A program made the translations under genes and the position numbers. A DNA stretch of 64,000 bases from Microvirga sp. (lineage in GTDB: Bacteria; Pseudomonadota; Alphaproteobacteria; Rhizobiales; Beijerinckiaceae). This document shows positions 54,531 to 64,000 of the stretch, in pieces; positions within the stretch are counted from its first letter, which is position 1, and each line of letters starts with the position of its first letter. The notes beneath the pieces are model-generated. The model was given only the letters and a program-made list of their open reading frames with translations. It was not told the DNA's origin and searched no databases. The stretch is from the NCBI GenBank assembly GCA_035944635.1, contig DASZAZ010000034.1, positions 1,864 to 65,863 of the forward strand. The letters are read 5' to 3'.

Positions 54531-54641
54531 GGCGAATCCGTTGCGGCTGGACCAGCTTCGATTAAGGCGGGTGTTCTGAAAGGCAAAGACTGGGGCGCGA
54601 GGATGGCTGCCGATCATGCCTCCGCCGGTGTGCCCGAGCAC

Positions 54642-54673
54642 AAAAAAGAAGGGCGGCCGTGGGGCCGCCCTTT
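54642..54673 (-). terminator. Rho-independent terminator after rplQ
   Basis: The minus strand reads AAAGGGCGGCC-CCAC-GGCCGCCC-TTCTTTTTT. Confidence 0.75.
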
Positions 54674-54702
54674 GACGATCGAAAGCGATGCCTTCAGCCC
54701 GG

Positions 54703-55128
54703 TTAGGCCGCGGCGCTCTCGACCACTTCATCCTTCTGGCTCGGGCCAGAATCCTGTCCGCGGGCGTCCTCGTCGCGATCAACGAACTCGATGACAGCCA
54801 TCGGGGCGTTGTCGCCGTAGCGGAAGCCGGCTTTGAGCACGCGGGTATAGCCGCCCTGGCGCTCGCTGTAACGGGGGCCCAGCACGTCGAAGAGCTTCTT
54901 CACGATCACTTCATCGCGAATTTGCGCGATCGCCTGACGGCGGGCGTGGAGGTCGCCGCGCTTGCCGAGGGTGACGAGCTTCTCGACGACGGGACGGAGG
55001 TCCTTCGCCTTCGGGAGCGTCGTGATGATCTGCTCGTGCTTGATCAGGGCGACCGCCATGTTAGCGAACATCGCCTTGCGGTGCTCGGACGAGCGGTTGA
55101 AACGACGATTGCGGAATCCGTGACGCAT
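54703..55128 (-). CDS. rplQ: 50S ribosomal protein L17
   Basis: [20 protein letters not shown] start. Confidence 0.95.
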   Translation of the reverse strand: MRHGFRNRRFNRSSEHRKAMFANMAVALIKHEQIITTLPKAKDLRPVVEKLVTLGKRGDLHARRQAIAQIRDEVIVKKLFDVLGPRYSERQGGYTRVLKAGFRYGDNAPMAVIEFVDRDEDARGQDSGPSQKDEVVESAAA

Positions 55129-55186
55129 TGGCTCTCTCCTTGGTCTTACGGCCGCCGTGCCAAGGGTCGGCCGTCTCTCTTGATGG

Positions 55187-55267
55187 GCGAATGGTGAATG
55201 GTGAGTGGCGAATGGAAGGTGCGACCGGCGAGCGCTTGTCCACTCACCATTCACCATTCGCCACTCG
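55187..55267. repeat. 22-bp perfect inverted repeat built of 7-nt tandem units, between rpoA and rplQ
   Basis: 55187-55208 GCGAATGGTGAATGGTGAGTGG is the exact reverse complement of 55240-55261. Confidence 0.85.
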
Positions 55268-55271
55268 CTTC

Positions 55272-56294
55272 TTAGTAGTGCTCCTCGAAGCGCTTCGCGA
55301 GATCGTCGATGTTCTCCGGCGGCCAGCCGGGGACATCCATACCGAGGTGCAGGCCCATGGAGGCGAGCACTTCCTTGATTTCGTTGAGCGACTTGCGGCC
55401 GAAGTTCGGGGTGCGGAGCATCTCGGCTTCGGACTTCTGGATCAGATCGCCGATGTAGACGATGTTGTCGTTCTTCAGGCAGTTCGCCGAGCGGACGCTG
55501 AGCTCCAGCTCGTCCACCTTCTTGAGCAGGGCCGGGTTGAAGGGCAGCTGCGGCGCGGCCGTGGCAGCCTCTTCCTTGCGGGGCTCTTCGAAGTTCACGA
55601 ACACCTGGAGCTGGTCCTGGATGATGCGGGCCGCATAGGCGACAGCATCCTCGGGAGTCACGGCGCCGTTCGTCTCCACCGTCATGGTGAGCTTGTCGTA
55701 GTCGAGAATCTGGCCCTCGCGGGTGTTCTCGATGCGATAGCTGACCTTGCGGACGGGCGAGTAGAGGCTGTCAACCGGGATGAGGCCGATCGGAGCGTCC
55801 TCGGCGCGGTTGCGCTCAGCCGGGACGTAGCCCTTGCCGGTCGCGACCGTGAACTCCATGCGGATCTCCGCGCCCTCGTCGAGCGTGCAGAGAACCAAGT
55901 CCGGGTTCAGGATCTGGACATCGCCAACGGTGTTGATGTCGCCTGCCGTCACGGCGCCGGGGCCGGTCTTGCGGAGCGTCATGCGCTTGGGGCCATCGCC
56001 CTGCATCTTGATCGCGATGGTCTTCACGTTCAGGACGATGTCCGTCACGTCCTCGCGGACGCCGGGGATGGACGAGAACTCGTGCAGCACGCCGTCGATG
56101 TGCACCGCAGTGACCGCCGCGCCCTGAAGGGACGACAGCAGAACGCGACGGAGCGCATTGCCGAGCGTGGTGCCGAAACCGCGCTCGAGCGGCTCGGCGA
56201 CCACCGTGGCGACCCGCTTCGGATCGTCGCCGGGAGCCACATCGAGCTTGTTCGGCTTAATCAGCTCTTGCCAATTCTTCTGGATCACAACCAC
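55272..56294 (-). CDS. rpoA: DNA-directed RNA polymerase alpha subunit
   Basis: Conserved RpoA N- and C-terminal domain sequence. Confidence 0.97.
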   Translation of the reverse strand: MVVIQKNWQELIKPNKLDVAPGDDPKRVATVVAEPLERGFGTTLGNALRRVLLSSLQGAAVTAVHIDGVLHEFSSIPGVREDVTDIVLNVKTIAIKMQGDGPKRMTLRKTGPGAVTAGDINTVGDVQILNPDLVLCTLDEGAEIRMEFTVATGKGYVPAERNRAEDAPIGLIPVDSLYSPVRKVSYRIENTREGQILDYDKLTMTVETNGAVTPEDAVAYAARIIQDQLQVFVNFEEPRKEEAATAAPQLPFNPALLKKVDELELSVRSANCLKNDNIVYIGDLIQKSEAEMLRTPNFGRKSLNEIKEVLASMGLHLGMDVPGWPPENIDDLAKRFEEHY

Positions 56295-56379
56295 ACCTCA
56301 TGAGGTACGGGCGGGGGGCGCAGGGCTGCCCTCCGGGAAAGCGAAATGCGCATGGAGCCCTGTCCACGCGCGGACGGCG

Positions 56380-56769
56380 TTAGACGCGGCGGCGCTTGCG
56401 CGGCCGGCAGCCGTTGTGCGGGATCGGGGTCACGTCGCGGATCGAGGTCACCGTGAAGCCGGCGGCCTGGAGGGCGCGGAGCGCGGACTCGCGGCCAGAG
56501 CCGGGACCGGACACCTCGACCTCGAGGGTGCGCATGCCGTGCTCGGTCGCCTTGCGGGCGGCGTCCTCGGCGGCCACCTGAGCGGCATAAGGGGTCGACT
56601 TCCGCGAGCCCTTGAAGCCCATGGCGCCGGCGGACGACCACGAGATCGTGTTGCCCTGGGCGTCGGTGATGGTGATCATCGTGTTGTTGAACGAGGCGTT
56701 CACGTGCGCCACGCCGGAGACGATGTTCTTGCGTTCGCGGCGGCGGACGCGGGTCGCTTCTTTAGCCAT
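56380..56769 (-). CDS. rpsK: 30S ribosomal protein S11
   Basis: Conserved S11 sequence. Confidence 0.97.
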   Translation of the reverse strand: MAKEATRVRRRERKNIVSGVAHVNASFNNTMITITDAQGNTISWSSAGAMGFKGSRKSTPYAAQVAAEDAARKATEHGMRTLEVEVSGPGSGRESALRALQAAGFTVTSIRDVTPIPHNGCRPRKRRRV

Positions 56770-56831
56770 AGTGTTTCGGGTCCTTCAGGCGCGCCCGTCA
56801 TGCCAGGCGCTCGGGATGTGGTGGATCGGTT

Positions 56832-56948
56832 CGTCATCCTCGGGCGGCGCGGCAGCGTCGACCCGAGGACCTCGTTCAGGAAGGGGCTTTGCCCTGGTCC
56901 TAGGATCCTCGGATCTCCGCGCCAGAGGCGCTCCGTCCGAGGATGACG
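56832..56948. repeat. MITE-like palindromic element (117 bp) in the rpsM-rpsK spacer
   Basis: Termini CGTCATCCTCGG ... CCGAGGATGACG. Each half also forms its own hairpin (TCCTCGGG...CCCGAGGA). Confidence 0.75.
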
Positions 56949-56975
56949 TTCAGCGCGCGGAGGGCGCGCCAAACA

Positions 56976-57344
56976 TCACTTCTTCTTGCCGGCGATCGGC
57001 TTCGACTTACCCTTGCGGGTACGAGCGTTCGTGTGGGTGCGCTGACCGCGGACCGGCAGATTGCGGCGGTGGCGCAGGCCACGATAGGCGCCGAGGTCCA
57101 TGAGGCGCTTGATGTTCATGGACACTTCGCGGCGCAGATCGCCTTCCACGACGTAATCGCGGTCGATGGTCTCACGGATGGAGAGCACCTCGGCGTCGGT
57201 CAGCTGATTGACGCGGCGCTCGGCCGGGATGCCGACCTTGTCGGTGATCTCCTGGGCCTTCTTGGCGCCGATGCCGTGAATGTACTGAAGCGCGATCACA
57301 ACGCGCTTGTTGGTCGGGATATTGACGCCAGCAATACGAGCCAC
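56976..57344 (-). CDS. rpsM: 30S ribosomal protein S13
   Basis: (M)ARIAGVNIP start, GTG initiation codon. Confidence 0.97.
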   Translation of the reverse strand: MARIAGVNIPTNKRVVIALQYIHGIGAKKAQEITDKVGIPAERRVNQLTDAEVLSIRETIDRDYVVEGDLRREVSMNIKRLMDLGAYRGLRHRRNLPVRGQRTHTNARTRKGKSKPIAGKKK

Positions 57345-57610
57345 GTCTCGTCTCCATGTCGTCGGAGGCTTGCTCCGATAGGGTTGTTATCGCGCGTCCG
57401 GTGGAGGCCGGCCCCTGCGCCGTTCATGAGCCCGTTCGAAAGAGTGGGCCTTACGCAAACAGGACAAAGCCCAGCCGACTTCTCGCGAAGCCCACCAGGA
57501 TCGTCCGGTCGTGTGCAAGAGGAGCGGCCTTAGCGCCTCCGTGGCACCGGGTCAACCCCTCGGGTGGAAGATTTTCCGGTCAAGCTGCAAGCGCAGGACT
57601 GGCCCAAGCC

Positions 57611-58192
57611 TTACCGACCGAGAATGCCCTTCACGGTTTCGGTGACGTCATCGATCGGCTTCATGCCGTCGACAGTCTTGAGGCACCCCTTAGAGGCGTA
57701 ATAGCTCGAAAGCGGCGCCGTCTGGGCCTTGTAGGCGTCGAGGCGGGTCTTGAAGACCTCCGGGTTGTCGTCCTTGCGGACCGGCTCGCCCCGGGCCTCC
57801 ATCTCCTTGGCGCGCTTCACGATGCGCTCGACGAGAGCGTTCTCGTCCACCTTGAACTCGATCACGGCATCGAGCCCCAGGCCCTTGTCCGCGAGCATGC
57901 GGTCGAAGGCCTCGGCCTGGGCAACGGTGCGGGGGAAACCATCGAGGATGAAGCCCGGCTTGGCGTCCGCCTCGTCGATGCGGTCGGCAATGATGCCGAC
58001 CACGATATCGTCGGAGACGAGTTCACCCCGGTCCATGATCGCCTTGGCCTGCTGGCCGATCGGCGTTCCAGCAGCGACGGCAGCGCGGAGCATGTCGCCG
58101 GTCGAGAGCTGCGGGATCCCGAGCCTCTCCACCATACGGACAGCCTGCGTCCCCTTCCCCGCCCCCGGCGGTCCGAGAAGGATGATTCTCAT
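57611..58192 (-). CDS. adk: Adenylate kinase (short form)
   Basis: [11 protein letters not shown]-loop, 193 aa. Confidence 0.95.
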   Translation of the reverse strand: MRIILLGPPGAGKGTQAVRMVERLGIPQLSTGDMLRAAVAAGTPIGQQAKAIMDRGELVSDDIVVGIIADRIDEADAKPGFILDGFPRTVAQAEAFDRMLADKGLGLDAVIEFKVDENALVERIVKRAKEMEARGEPVRKDDNPEVFKTRLDAYKAQTAPLSSYYASKGCLKTVDGMKPIDDVTETVKGILGR

Positions 58193-58237
58193 CGACGTCT
58201 GCCCCCTGCCCGACGCTGACCAGAGTGAGCGGCGCGC

Positions 58238-59575
58238 CTAGCGGCGGCGCGCGCCCTTCAACTTCGCCTTCTTGACCAGGCCCTCATACTGGTGCGCCAG
58301 CAGATGACCGTGGACCTGAGCGACCGTGTCCATGGTGACGGACACGACGATCAGCAGCGACGTACCGCCGAAATAGAACGGCAGGGCTGCATAGGACACC
58401 AGGAACTCGGGGATCAAGCAGATCACCACCAAATAGGCGGCGCCGAGCACGGTTATCCGCGTCAGGATGTTGTCGATGTAGTCCGCGGTGCGCTCGCCCG
58501 GCCGAATGCCGGGGATGAAGCCACCGTGCTTCTTCAGGTTGTCGGCCGTCTCCTGCGGGTTGAAGACGATCGCCGTATAGAAGAAGGCAAAGAATGCGAT
58601 CAGGGCCGCATAGAGGAACATGTAGGCCGGGCGCCCATGGCTCAGATAGGCCGTAAGCGTCGCAATGATGCCCGTGCCGCCCTGGCTTGCCTGGAAGCTC
58701 GCGATCGTTGCGGGCAGCAGGAGGAGCGAGGAGGCAAAGATCGGCGGGATGACGCCGGCGGTGTTCAGCTTGAGCGGCAGGAACGAGGTCTGGCCCTCGT
58801 ACATGCGGTTTCCGACTTGGCGCTTCGGGTAGTTGATGAGGAGCCGGCGCTGCGCCCGCTCCATGAACACCACGAAGTAGATGATCGCAATCGCCATCAC
58901 GATCACGAGGAGGATCAGCGCCGTCGAGATCGCGCCTTGACGGCCAAGTTCGAGGGTGCCGGCGATGGCGCTCGGAAGATTCGCCACGATGCCGGCGAAG
59001 ATGATGAGCGAGGTGCCGTTGCCGATGCCGCGCGAGGTGATCTGCTCGCCGAGCCACATCAGGAACATCGTGCCCCCGGTGAGGGTGATCACGGTGGAGA
59101 TCACGAAGAACAGACCCGGGCTCTGAACGATGCTGCCGGAGGATTGCAGCCCCACGGCGATGCCCCACGACTGGAACACCGCCAGGAACACGGTCAAATA
59201 GCGGGTGTACTGGTTGATGATCTTGCGGCCCGACTCGCCCTCCTTCTTCAGTGCCTCCAGGGTCGGCACGACCGAGGTGAGGAGCTGAACGATGATCGAG
59301 GCCGAGATGTACGGCATGATGTTGAGCGCAAAGATCGCCATGCGCTCGACGGCACCGCCGGAAAACATGTTGAAGAGGCCGAGCACGCCGCCGGAGGCGT
59401 TCTGGAAGCTCTGGCGCAGGGCCTCCGGGTCGATGCCCGGAAGCGGGATGTAGGTACCCAGGCGGTAGATGATGAGCGCGCCGAGGGTGAACCAGATGCG
59501 CTTCTTGAGCTCTTCGGCCTTGGCGATCGCGCCGAAATTGATGTTTGCCGCAAGCTGCTCAGCTGCTGAGGCCAT
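58238..59575 (-). CDS. secY: Preprotein translocase SecY
   Basis: Conserved SecY sequence. Start at ATG 59575. Confidence 0.95.
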   Translation of the reverse strand: MASAAEQLAANINFGAIAKAEELKKRIWFTLGALIIYRLGTYIPLPGIDPEALRQSFQNASGGVLGLFNMFSGGAVERMAIFALNIMPYISASIIVQLLTSVVPTLEALKKEGESGRKIINQYTRYLTVFLAVFQSWGIAVGLQSSGSIVQSPGLFFVISTVITLTGGTMFLMWLGEQITSRGIGNGTSLIIFAGIVANLPSAIAGTLELGRQGAISTALILLVIVMAIAIIYFVVFMERAQRRLLINYPKRQVGNRMYEGQTSFLPLKLNTAGVIPPIFASSLLLLPATIASFQASQGGTGIIATLTAYLSHGRPAYMFLYAALIAFFAFFYTAIVFNPQETADNLKKHGGFIPGIRPGERTADYIDNILTRITVLGAAYLVVICLIPEFLVSYAALPFYFGGTSLLIVVSVTMDTVAQVHGHLLAHQYEGLVKKAKLKGARRR

Positions 59576-59783
59576 GGGTCTTGGATCCCTCAAGAGGTCT
59601 CGTGGTGCCCTGCCCTCACAGGAGAGCCGCCGGGCGTCACCATAGGGGAGCGATCTGCTCCATCAAGCGAACGGCGGCCTCGCGATCAATCACGGGCCGC
59701 CGCTCTAGATCATGCCAGATATGGACGCGCGGTCATGCCTGCGCAACGTCGTCCTTGGTCGCGGGTCGCAACCGGACGGCGCC

Positions 59784-60275
59784 TTACGCCTGCGCGGACG
59801 CGTCCTGGGCAGCGGCCCCGCCGACGATCGTCAGCGAGCCACCGGCCCGCTCGATCGCCTCGAGAGCCGACTTGGAGGCGCCCGCCACCTGGAAGGTGAG
59901 CTTCGTGGTGAGCTCGCCGACGCCGAGGATGCGCACGCCGTCTCGCGGCTTGGAGACCAGGCCGGCTGCCACGAGCACATCGACGGTGATCGGCGTGCCC
60001 TGATCGAGCTTGCCGGCCGCGACGGCCTCCTGGATACGGCCGAGGTTCACCTCGTTGAACTCGAGGCGGTTCGGCTTGTTGAAGCCCCGCTTCGGGAGAC
60101 GACGGTGGAGCGGCATCTGACCGCCCTCGAAGCCCTTGATGGCCACGCCGGAGCGGGCCGTCTGGCCCTTGCCGCCGCGTCCACCCTGCTTGCCCTTGCC
60201 GGAGCCGATGCCGCGGCCGATACGCATGCGGGCCTTGGTAGCGCCCGCATTGTCACGAATGTCCGTGAGTTTCAC
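59784..60275 (-). CDS. rplO: 50S ribosomal protein L15
   Basis: Conserved L15 sequence. Confidence 0.95.
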   Translation of the reverse strand: MKLTDIRDNAGATKARMRIGRGIGSGKGKQGGRGGKGQTARSGVAIKGFEGGQMPLHRRLPKRGFNKPNRLEFNEVNLGRIQEAVAAGKLDQGTPITVDVLVAAGLVSKPRDGVRILGVGELTTKLTFQVAGASKSALEAIERAGGSLTIVGGAAAQDASAQA

Positions 60276-60285
60276 TGCACCCTCC

Positions 60286-60480
60286 CTATTGCCCGTCGAC
60301 GACGCGCACGAGGTGCTTCACCTTCTCGATCATGCCGCGCACCGCAGGGGTGTCGGGCAGGGTCGAGGAGCGGTTGAGCTTGTTGAGCTTGAGGCCGACC
60401 AGCGTCTGGCGCTGCTTGGCATCGCGGCGGATGGGCGAGCCGATCTGCTCGACCGTCAGGGTCTTACCCTCGGTAGCCAT
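60286..60480 (-). CDS. rpmD: 50S ribosomal protein L30
   Basis: 64 aa, conserved L30 sequence, and position. Confidence 0.93.
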   Translation of the reverse strand: MATEGKTLTVEQIGSPIRRDAKQRQTLVGLKLNKLNRSSTLPDTPAVRGMIEKVKHLVRVVDGQ

Positions 60481-60491
60481 CGGGACCCTCC

Positions 60492-61067
60492 TTACGCTTC
60501 GGCGCCAGCGACATCGGCGTCGGAGCCGGCATCGCGACGACGGCTCTGGAGCGTCGACACCTTCAGGCCACGGCGCGCGGCGACCGCGCGGGGGCTATCC
60601 TCGTTCTTGAGCGCATCGAAGGTCGCGCGGACGAGGTTGTAGGGGTTCGACGAGCCGAGGGACTTCGACACCACGTCCTGCATGCCGACCGCCTCGAAGA
60701 CGGCGCGCATCGGGCCGCCGGCGATGATGCCGGTGCCCTGCGGGGCGGCGCGGAGAATGACCTTGCCGGCGCCGTGGCGGCCGTGCACGTCGTGATGGAG
60801 CGTGCGGCCCTCGCGGAGCGAAACGCGGATCATGCCGCGCTTCGCAGCATCGGTTGCCTTGCGGATCGCCTCGGGGACCTCGCGGGCCTTGCCGTGGCCG
60901 AAGCCGACGCGGCCCTTCTGGTCGCCGACGACGACGAGCGCCGCAAAACCGAAGCGGCGGCCGCCCTTCACGACCTTGGCGACGCGGTTGATGTGGACCA
61001 GGCGGTCCACGAACTCGCTGTCACCCTCTTTGCGCTCGTCCCGGCGCTCTCTGGGTTCTCTTGCCAT
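60492..61067 (-). CDS. rpsE: 30S ribosomal protein S5
   Basis: Conserved S5 sequence. Confidence 0.96.
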   Translation of the reverse strand: MAREPRERRDERKEGDSEFVDRLVHINRVAKVVKGGRRFGFAALVVVGDQKGRVGFGHGKAREVPEAIRKATDAAKRGMIRVSLREGRTLHHDVHGRHGAGKVILRAAPQGTGIIAGGPMRAVFEAVGMQDVVSKSLGSSNPYNLVRATFDALKNEDSPRAVAARRGLKVSTLQSRRRDAGSDADVAGAEA

Positions 61068-61138
61068 AGTACCTTCTCACTTGCGCGGGCGGCGGGGCCC
61101 GCTCGCTTTAAGGGTTTGAGGTCAAACCCGCCGTAAAC

Positions 61139-61501
61139 TTAGAAGTCGAGACCACCCTCACGGGCCGCGTCGGCGAGAGCCTTCACGCGGCCGTGGTACA
61201 GGTAGCCCGAACGATCAAAGATCACCTGCTTGACGCCAGCCTGCACGGCCCGCTCCGCCACCAGGCGGCCGACCTGCTTGGCGGCATCGACCGTCGCGCC
61301 GGTCTTCAGATCGCCCCGCAGACCCTTGTCGAGGGTCGACGCGGCCGCCAGCGTGACGCCACGCTCATCGTCGATGATCTGTGCATAGATCTGCTTGGAC
61401 GAACGGAAGACCGACAGACGCGGGCGACCATTCGCAGCCTTGCGGATCGCGCGGCGCACACGCGCCTTGCGACGATCCTCGGCACCTTTCTTCTCAGCCA
61501 T
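61139..61501 (-). CDS. rplR: 50S ribosomal protein L18
   Basis: Conserved L18 sequence. Confidence 0.96.
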   Translation of the reverse strand: MAEKKGAEDRRKARVRRAIRKAANGRPRLSVFRSSKQIYAQIIDDERGVTLAAASTLDKGLRGDLKTGATVDAAKQVGRLVAERAVQAGVKQVIFDRSGYLYHGRVKALADAAREGGLDF

Positions 61502-61511
61502 GGTGCGCCCC

Positions 61512-62045
61512 TTACTTCTTCTTGCCTTCCTTGCGGAAGATGAACTCGCCTGCGTACTTCACACCCTTGCCCTTATAGGGCTCCGGGCCGCGGTACTCGC
61601 GGATCTCAGCGGCAGTCTGGCCGACCACCTGCTTGTCGATGCCGGCAACGACGACTTCCGTCGGCTTGGGCGTCGTGATGGTGACGCCGGCCGGAATGGC
61701 ATAGTCGATGTCGTGGCTGTAGCCGAGCGACAGCTTCAGAACCTTGCCCGCAACGGCGGCCTTGTAGCCGACGCCGTTGATCTCAAGGCGCTTCTCGAAG
61801 CCCTTCGACACGCCTTCGACCAGGTTTGCGACCTGAGCGCGGGACATGCCCCACTTGGCGCGGGCGGTCTTGGACTCGTCGCGCGGGTTCACTTGGACCG
61901 CGCCGTTCTCCATGGCGACCGTCACCTCCTCGGGAACGAGGAACGACAGCTCACCCTTGGAGCCCTTCATCTTCACCGTCTGTCCGTCAACGGTGGCCGT
62001 CACACCGGCCGGAACCGTGACGGGCTTCTTGCCTACTCGAGACAT
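61512..62045 (-). CDS. rplF: 50S ribosomal protein L6
   Basis: MSRVGKKPV start, 177 aa. The longer track ORF was trimmed. Confidence 0.96.
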   Translation of the reverse strand: MSRVGKKPVTVPAGVTATVDGQTVKMKGSKGELSFLVPEEVTVAMENGAVQVNPRDESKTARAKWGMSRAQVANLVEGVSKGFEKRLEINGVGYKAAVAGKVLKLSLGYSHDIDYAIPAGVTITTPKPTEVVVAGIDKQVVGQTAAEIREYRGPEPYKGKGVKYAGEFIFRKEGKKK

Positions 62046-62091
62046 TCTCGAATCTCCCGTGGTTTCTGTGCTGCGATGCTCAAGCGCGGTC

Positions 62092-62487
62092 TTAGAAGAC
62101 CTTGCAGAGCACTTCGCCGCCCACGTTCTTCTCCCGAGCCTCATGGTCAGCCATCACGCCTTGCGGCGTCGAGAGAATGGTGACGCCCAGGCCGTCGGCG
62201 ACACGGGGCATGGTGTCGACGGAGGCGTACACGCGGCGACCCGGCTTCGACACGCGCTCGATGGAGCGAATGACCGGCTGGCCGTCGTAGTACTTGAGCT
62301 CGATGGAAAACTCGCTCCGGCCGTTGCCGAACTCGGTCTGCGAGTAGTCGCGGATGTAACCTTCCGACTTCAGCACCTCGAGCACGCTCGCGCGCAGCTT
62401 GGAGCCGGGAGTCGAAACCGTGCCGCGACGGCGCATCTGCGCGTTGCGGATACGGGTGAGCATATCGCCCAAAGGATCGTTGATCAT
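62092..62487 (-). CDS. rpsH: 30S ribosomal protein S8
   Basis: [13 protein letters not shown] motif. Confidence 0.96.
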   Translation of the reverse strand: MINDPLGDMLTRIRNAQMRRRGTVSTPGSKLRASVLEVLKSEGYIRDYSQTEFGNGRSEFSIELKYYDGQPVIRSIERVSKPGRRVYASVDTMPRVADGLGVTILSTPQGVMADHEAREKNVGGEVLCKVF

Positions 62488-62500
62488 CAGACGATCTCCC

Positions 62501-62806
62501 TTACCAGCTCGACTTCACGAGGCCGGGGATCAGGCCCTTGGAGCCAAGCTCCCGGAGCGCGATGCGGCTCATGCCGAGGGTGCGGTAGTAGGCGCGCGGA
62601 CGGCCCGTGATCTCGCAGCGATTGCGGATGCGGGTCGGGCTCGAATTGCGGGGCAGTTCCGCGAGCTTGAGGCGCGCCTCGAAGCGCTCCTCCATGGACT
62701 TGCCCTCGTCGTTCGCCACGGCAAGGAGCCGCTCGCGCTTCGCGGCAAACTGCTTTGCGAGCTGCTTGCGGCGGTTGTTCTTCTCGATAGAGCTTTTCTT
62801 AGCCAT
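62501..62806 (-). CDS. rpsN: 30S ribosomal protein S14 (long, Cys-less form)
   Basis: 101 aa, C-terminal KSSW. Confidence 0.95.
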   Translation of the reverse strand: MAKKSSIEKNNRRKQLAKQFAAKRERLLAVANDEGKSMEERFEARLKLAELPRNSSPTRIRNRCEITGRPRAYYRTLGMSRIALRELGSKGLIPGLVKSSW

Positions 62807-62845
62807 TGATATCTCTCCAGTGTCCGCGTCTGAGGACGGCTGCCC

Positions 62846-63409
62846 TCACTGCCGGAACGGGAAGTTGAAGTGCTTCAGGAGCGCGCGAGCTTCGGCGTCC
62901 GTCTTGGCCGTCGTGGTGATGACCACGTCCATGCCCCACATCGCTTCCGCCTTGTCGTAGTTGATCTCGGGGAACACGATGTGCTCCTTGATCCCGAGCG
63001 CGTAGTTGCCGCGCCCGTCGAACGACCGGGGGTTCAGGCCGCGGAAATCGCGAACGCGGGGAAGCGCGATCGTGACCAGGCGGTCCAGGAACTCGTACAT
63101 ACGGGTCTTGCGAAGGGTGACCTTGCAGCCGATCGGCATGTTCTCGCGCACCTTGAACTGCGAGATCGCCTTGCGGGCGCGGGTCACCACCGGCTTCTGG
63201 CCCGCGATGAGCGCGAGGTCGGCAGCGGCCACAGTGGCCTTCTTCGAATCCGCGGTGGACTCGCCGACGCCCATGTTCAGCACGATCTTCTCGATCTGCG
63301 GAACTTCCATCGGGTTCTTGTAGCCGAACTCTTCAATGAGCTTCGGACGCACGACCTCTTCGTAGTGCTTCCGGAGCCGCGGCGTATAGCCGTTCATGGT
63401 CTCAGGCAT
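62846..63409 (-). CDS. rplE: 50S ribosomal protein L5
   Basis: Conserved L5 sequence. ATG 63397 is an alternative start that avoids overlap with rplX. Confidence 0.95.
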   Translation of the reverse strand: MPETMNGYTPRLRKHYEEVVRPKLIEEFGYKNPMEVPQIEKIVLNMGVGESTADSKKATVAAADLALIAGQKPVVTRARKAISQFKVRENMPIGCKVTLRKTRMYEFLDRLVTIALPRVRDFRGLNPRSFDGRGNYALGIKEHIVFPEINYDKAEAMWGMDVVITTTAKTDAEARALLKHFNFPFRQ

Positions 63410-63719
63410 CGATCAGGTCTCCCGAACGCTTGGCAAAGCGAACCTTGCGCCCGTCATCCAAGGTCTTGAAGCCGACGCGGGTGGGCTTGCCATCCTTCGG
63501 GTCGGCGACTGCGATGTTCGACAGGTGAACGGACGCCTCCTTGGAGATGATGCCGCCCTCCTGCTGCGCCGTCTGGCGCTGGTGGCGCTTCACCAGGTTC
63601 ACGCCGCGGACAACCGCGCGTTCTTCCTTGGGGAGCACCTGAACGACCTCACCGGTCCGGCCCTTATCGCGACCGGTCAGGACAACGACCTTGTCGCCCT
63701 TCTTGATCTTCGCGGCCAT
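63402..63719 (-). CDS. rplX: 50S ribosomal protein L24
   Basis: [20 protein letters not shown] motif. Confidence 0.96.
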   Translation of the reverse strand: MAAKIKKGDKVVVLTGRDKGRTGEVVQVLPKEERAVVRGVNLVKRHQRQTAQQEGGIISKEASVHLSNIAVADPKDGKPTRVGFKTLDDGRKVRFAKRSGDLIDA

Positions 63720-64000
63720 TACAGCACCTCCGGCGCGAGCGAGATGATCTTCATGTGGTTCTTGGCGCGCAGCTCGCGCGGCACGGGCCCGAAGATACGG
63801 GTGCCGACCGGCTCTTTCTGGTTGTTGATCAGAACGGCCGCGTTCTTGTCGAACCGGATAACGGACCCGTCGGCGCGACGGATGTCCTTCGCCGTGCGAA
63901 CGACAACCGCCTTCATGACGTCGCCCTTCTTCACACGGCCGCGCGGAATGGCTTCCTTCACCGAAACAACGATGATGTCGCCGACGGAAGCGTACTTACG
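63719..64000 (-). CDS. rplN: 50S ribosomal protein L14, C-terminal part (runs off the window)
   Basis: ...[14 protein letters not shown]...ISLAPEVL. The frame stays open to position 64000. Confidence 0.93.
   Translation of the reverse strand, partial: RKYASVGDIIVVSVKEAIPRGRVKKGDVMKAVVVRTAKDIRRADGSVIRFDKNAAVLINNQKEPVGTRIFGPVPRELRAKNHMKIISLAPEVL

Noticed and set aside
54531-54782. An N-terminal extension of degP that overlaps rplQ.
   Set aside because: A signal peptide begins at ATG 54530. The extension would also cross the rplQ terminator at 54642-54673.
55061-55243. Small ORFs encoding HSPFTIH-type peptides across the rpoA-rplQ hairpin.
   Set aside because: These are artefacts of translating the heptad inverted repeat. 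They have no RBS and they overlap rplQ.

Overview
Very GC-rich chromosomal segment with strong GC3 codon bias. Gene content and order look alphaproteobacterial, probably Hyphomicrobiales/Rhizobiales-like; that assignment is inference from protein motifs only. It is mostly core housekeeping DNA. Left to right: gatB (partial), gatA and gatC; ruvX; the conserved block dprA-plsY-pyrC'-pyrB divergent from topA; mgtC; phoX; parE; a DEAD-box helicase; a complete suf Fe-S operon (nifS-like, sufBCDS, sufT, sufA); ivd; a mosaic of small accessory genes that includes a RelBE-type toxin-antitoxin pair; pccA and pccB separated by about 5 kb of accessory genes; ATP12, HAD, rluC, crcB, rarA and degP; then the distal spc/alpha ribosomal-protein operon (rplN through rplQ, with secY, adk and rpoA). 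I found no rRNA, tRNA, CRISPR array, transposase, integrase or prophage. I see no clearly novel multi-gene system. The items most worth a second look are these. (1) Two small, translationally coupled ORFs sit between pyrB and a degenerate dihydroorotase-like gene. (2) Two dispersed palindromic repeat families have landed inside operons (suf, rpsM-rpsK, gatC-gatA); one of them carries overlapping hairpin and G-quadruplex motifs. (3) A 22-bp perfect inverted repeat built from heptad repeats lies between rpoA and rplQ. (4) A perfect Irr ICE box lies upstream of suf. (5) A 28-bp perfect palindrome lies at the toxin-antitoxin promoter. (6) A ynfA homologue has no canonical start codon. All product calls come from my own recognition of motifs in the supplied translations; no database search was run.
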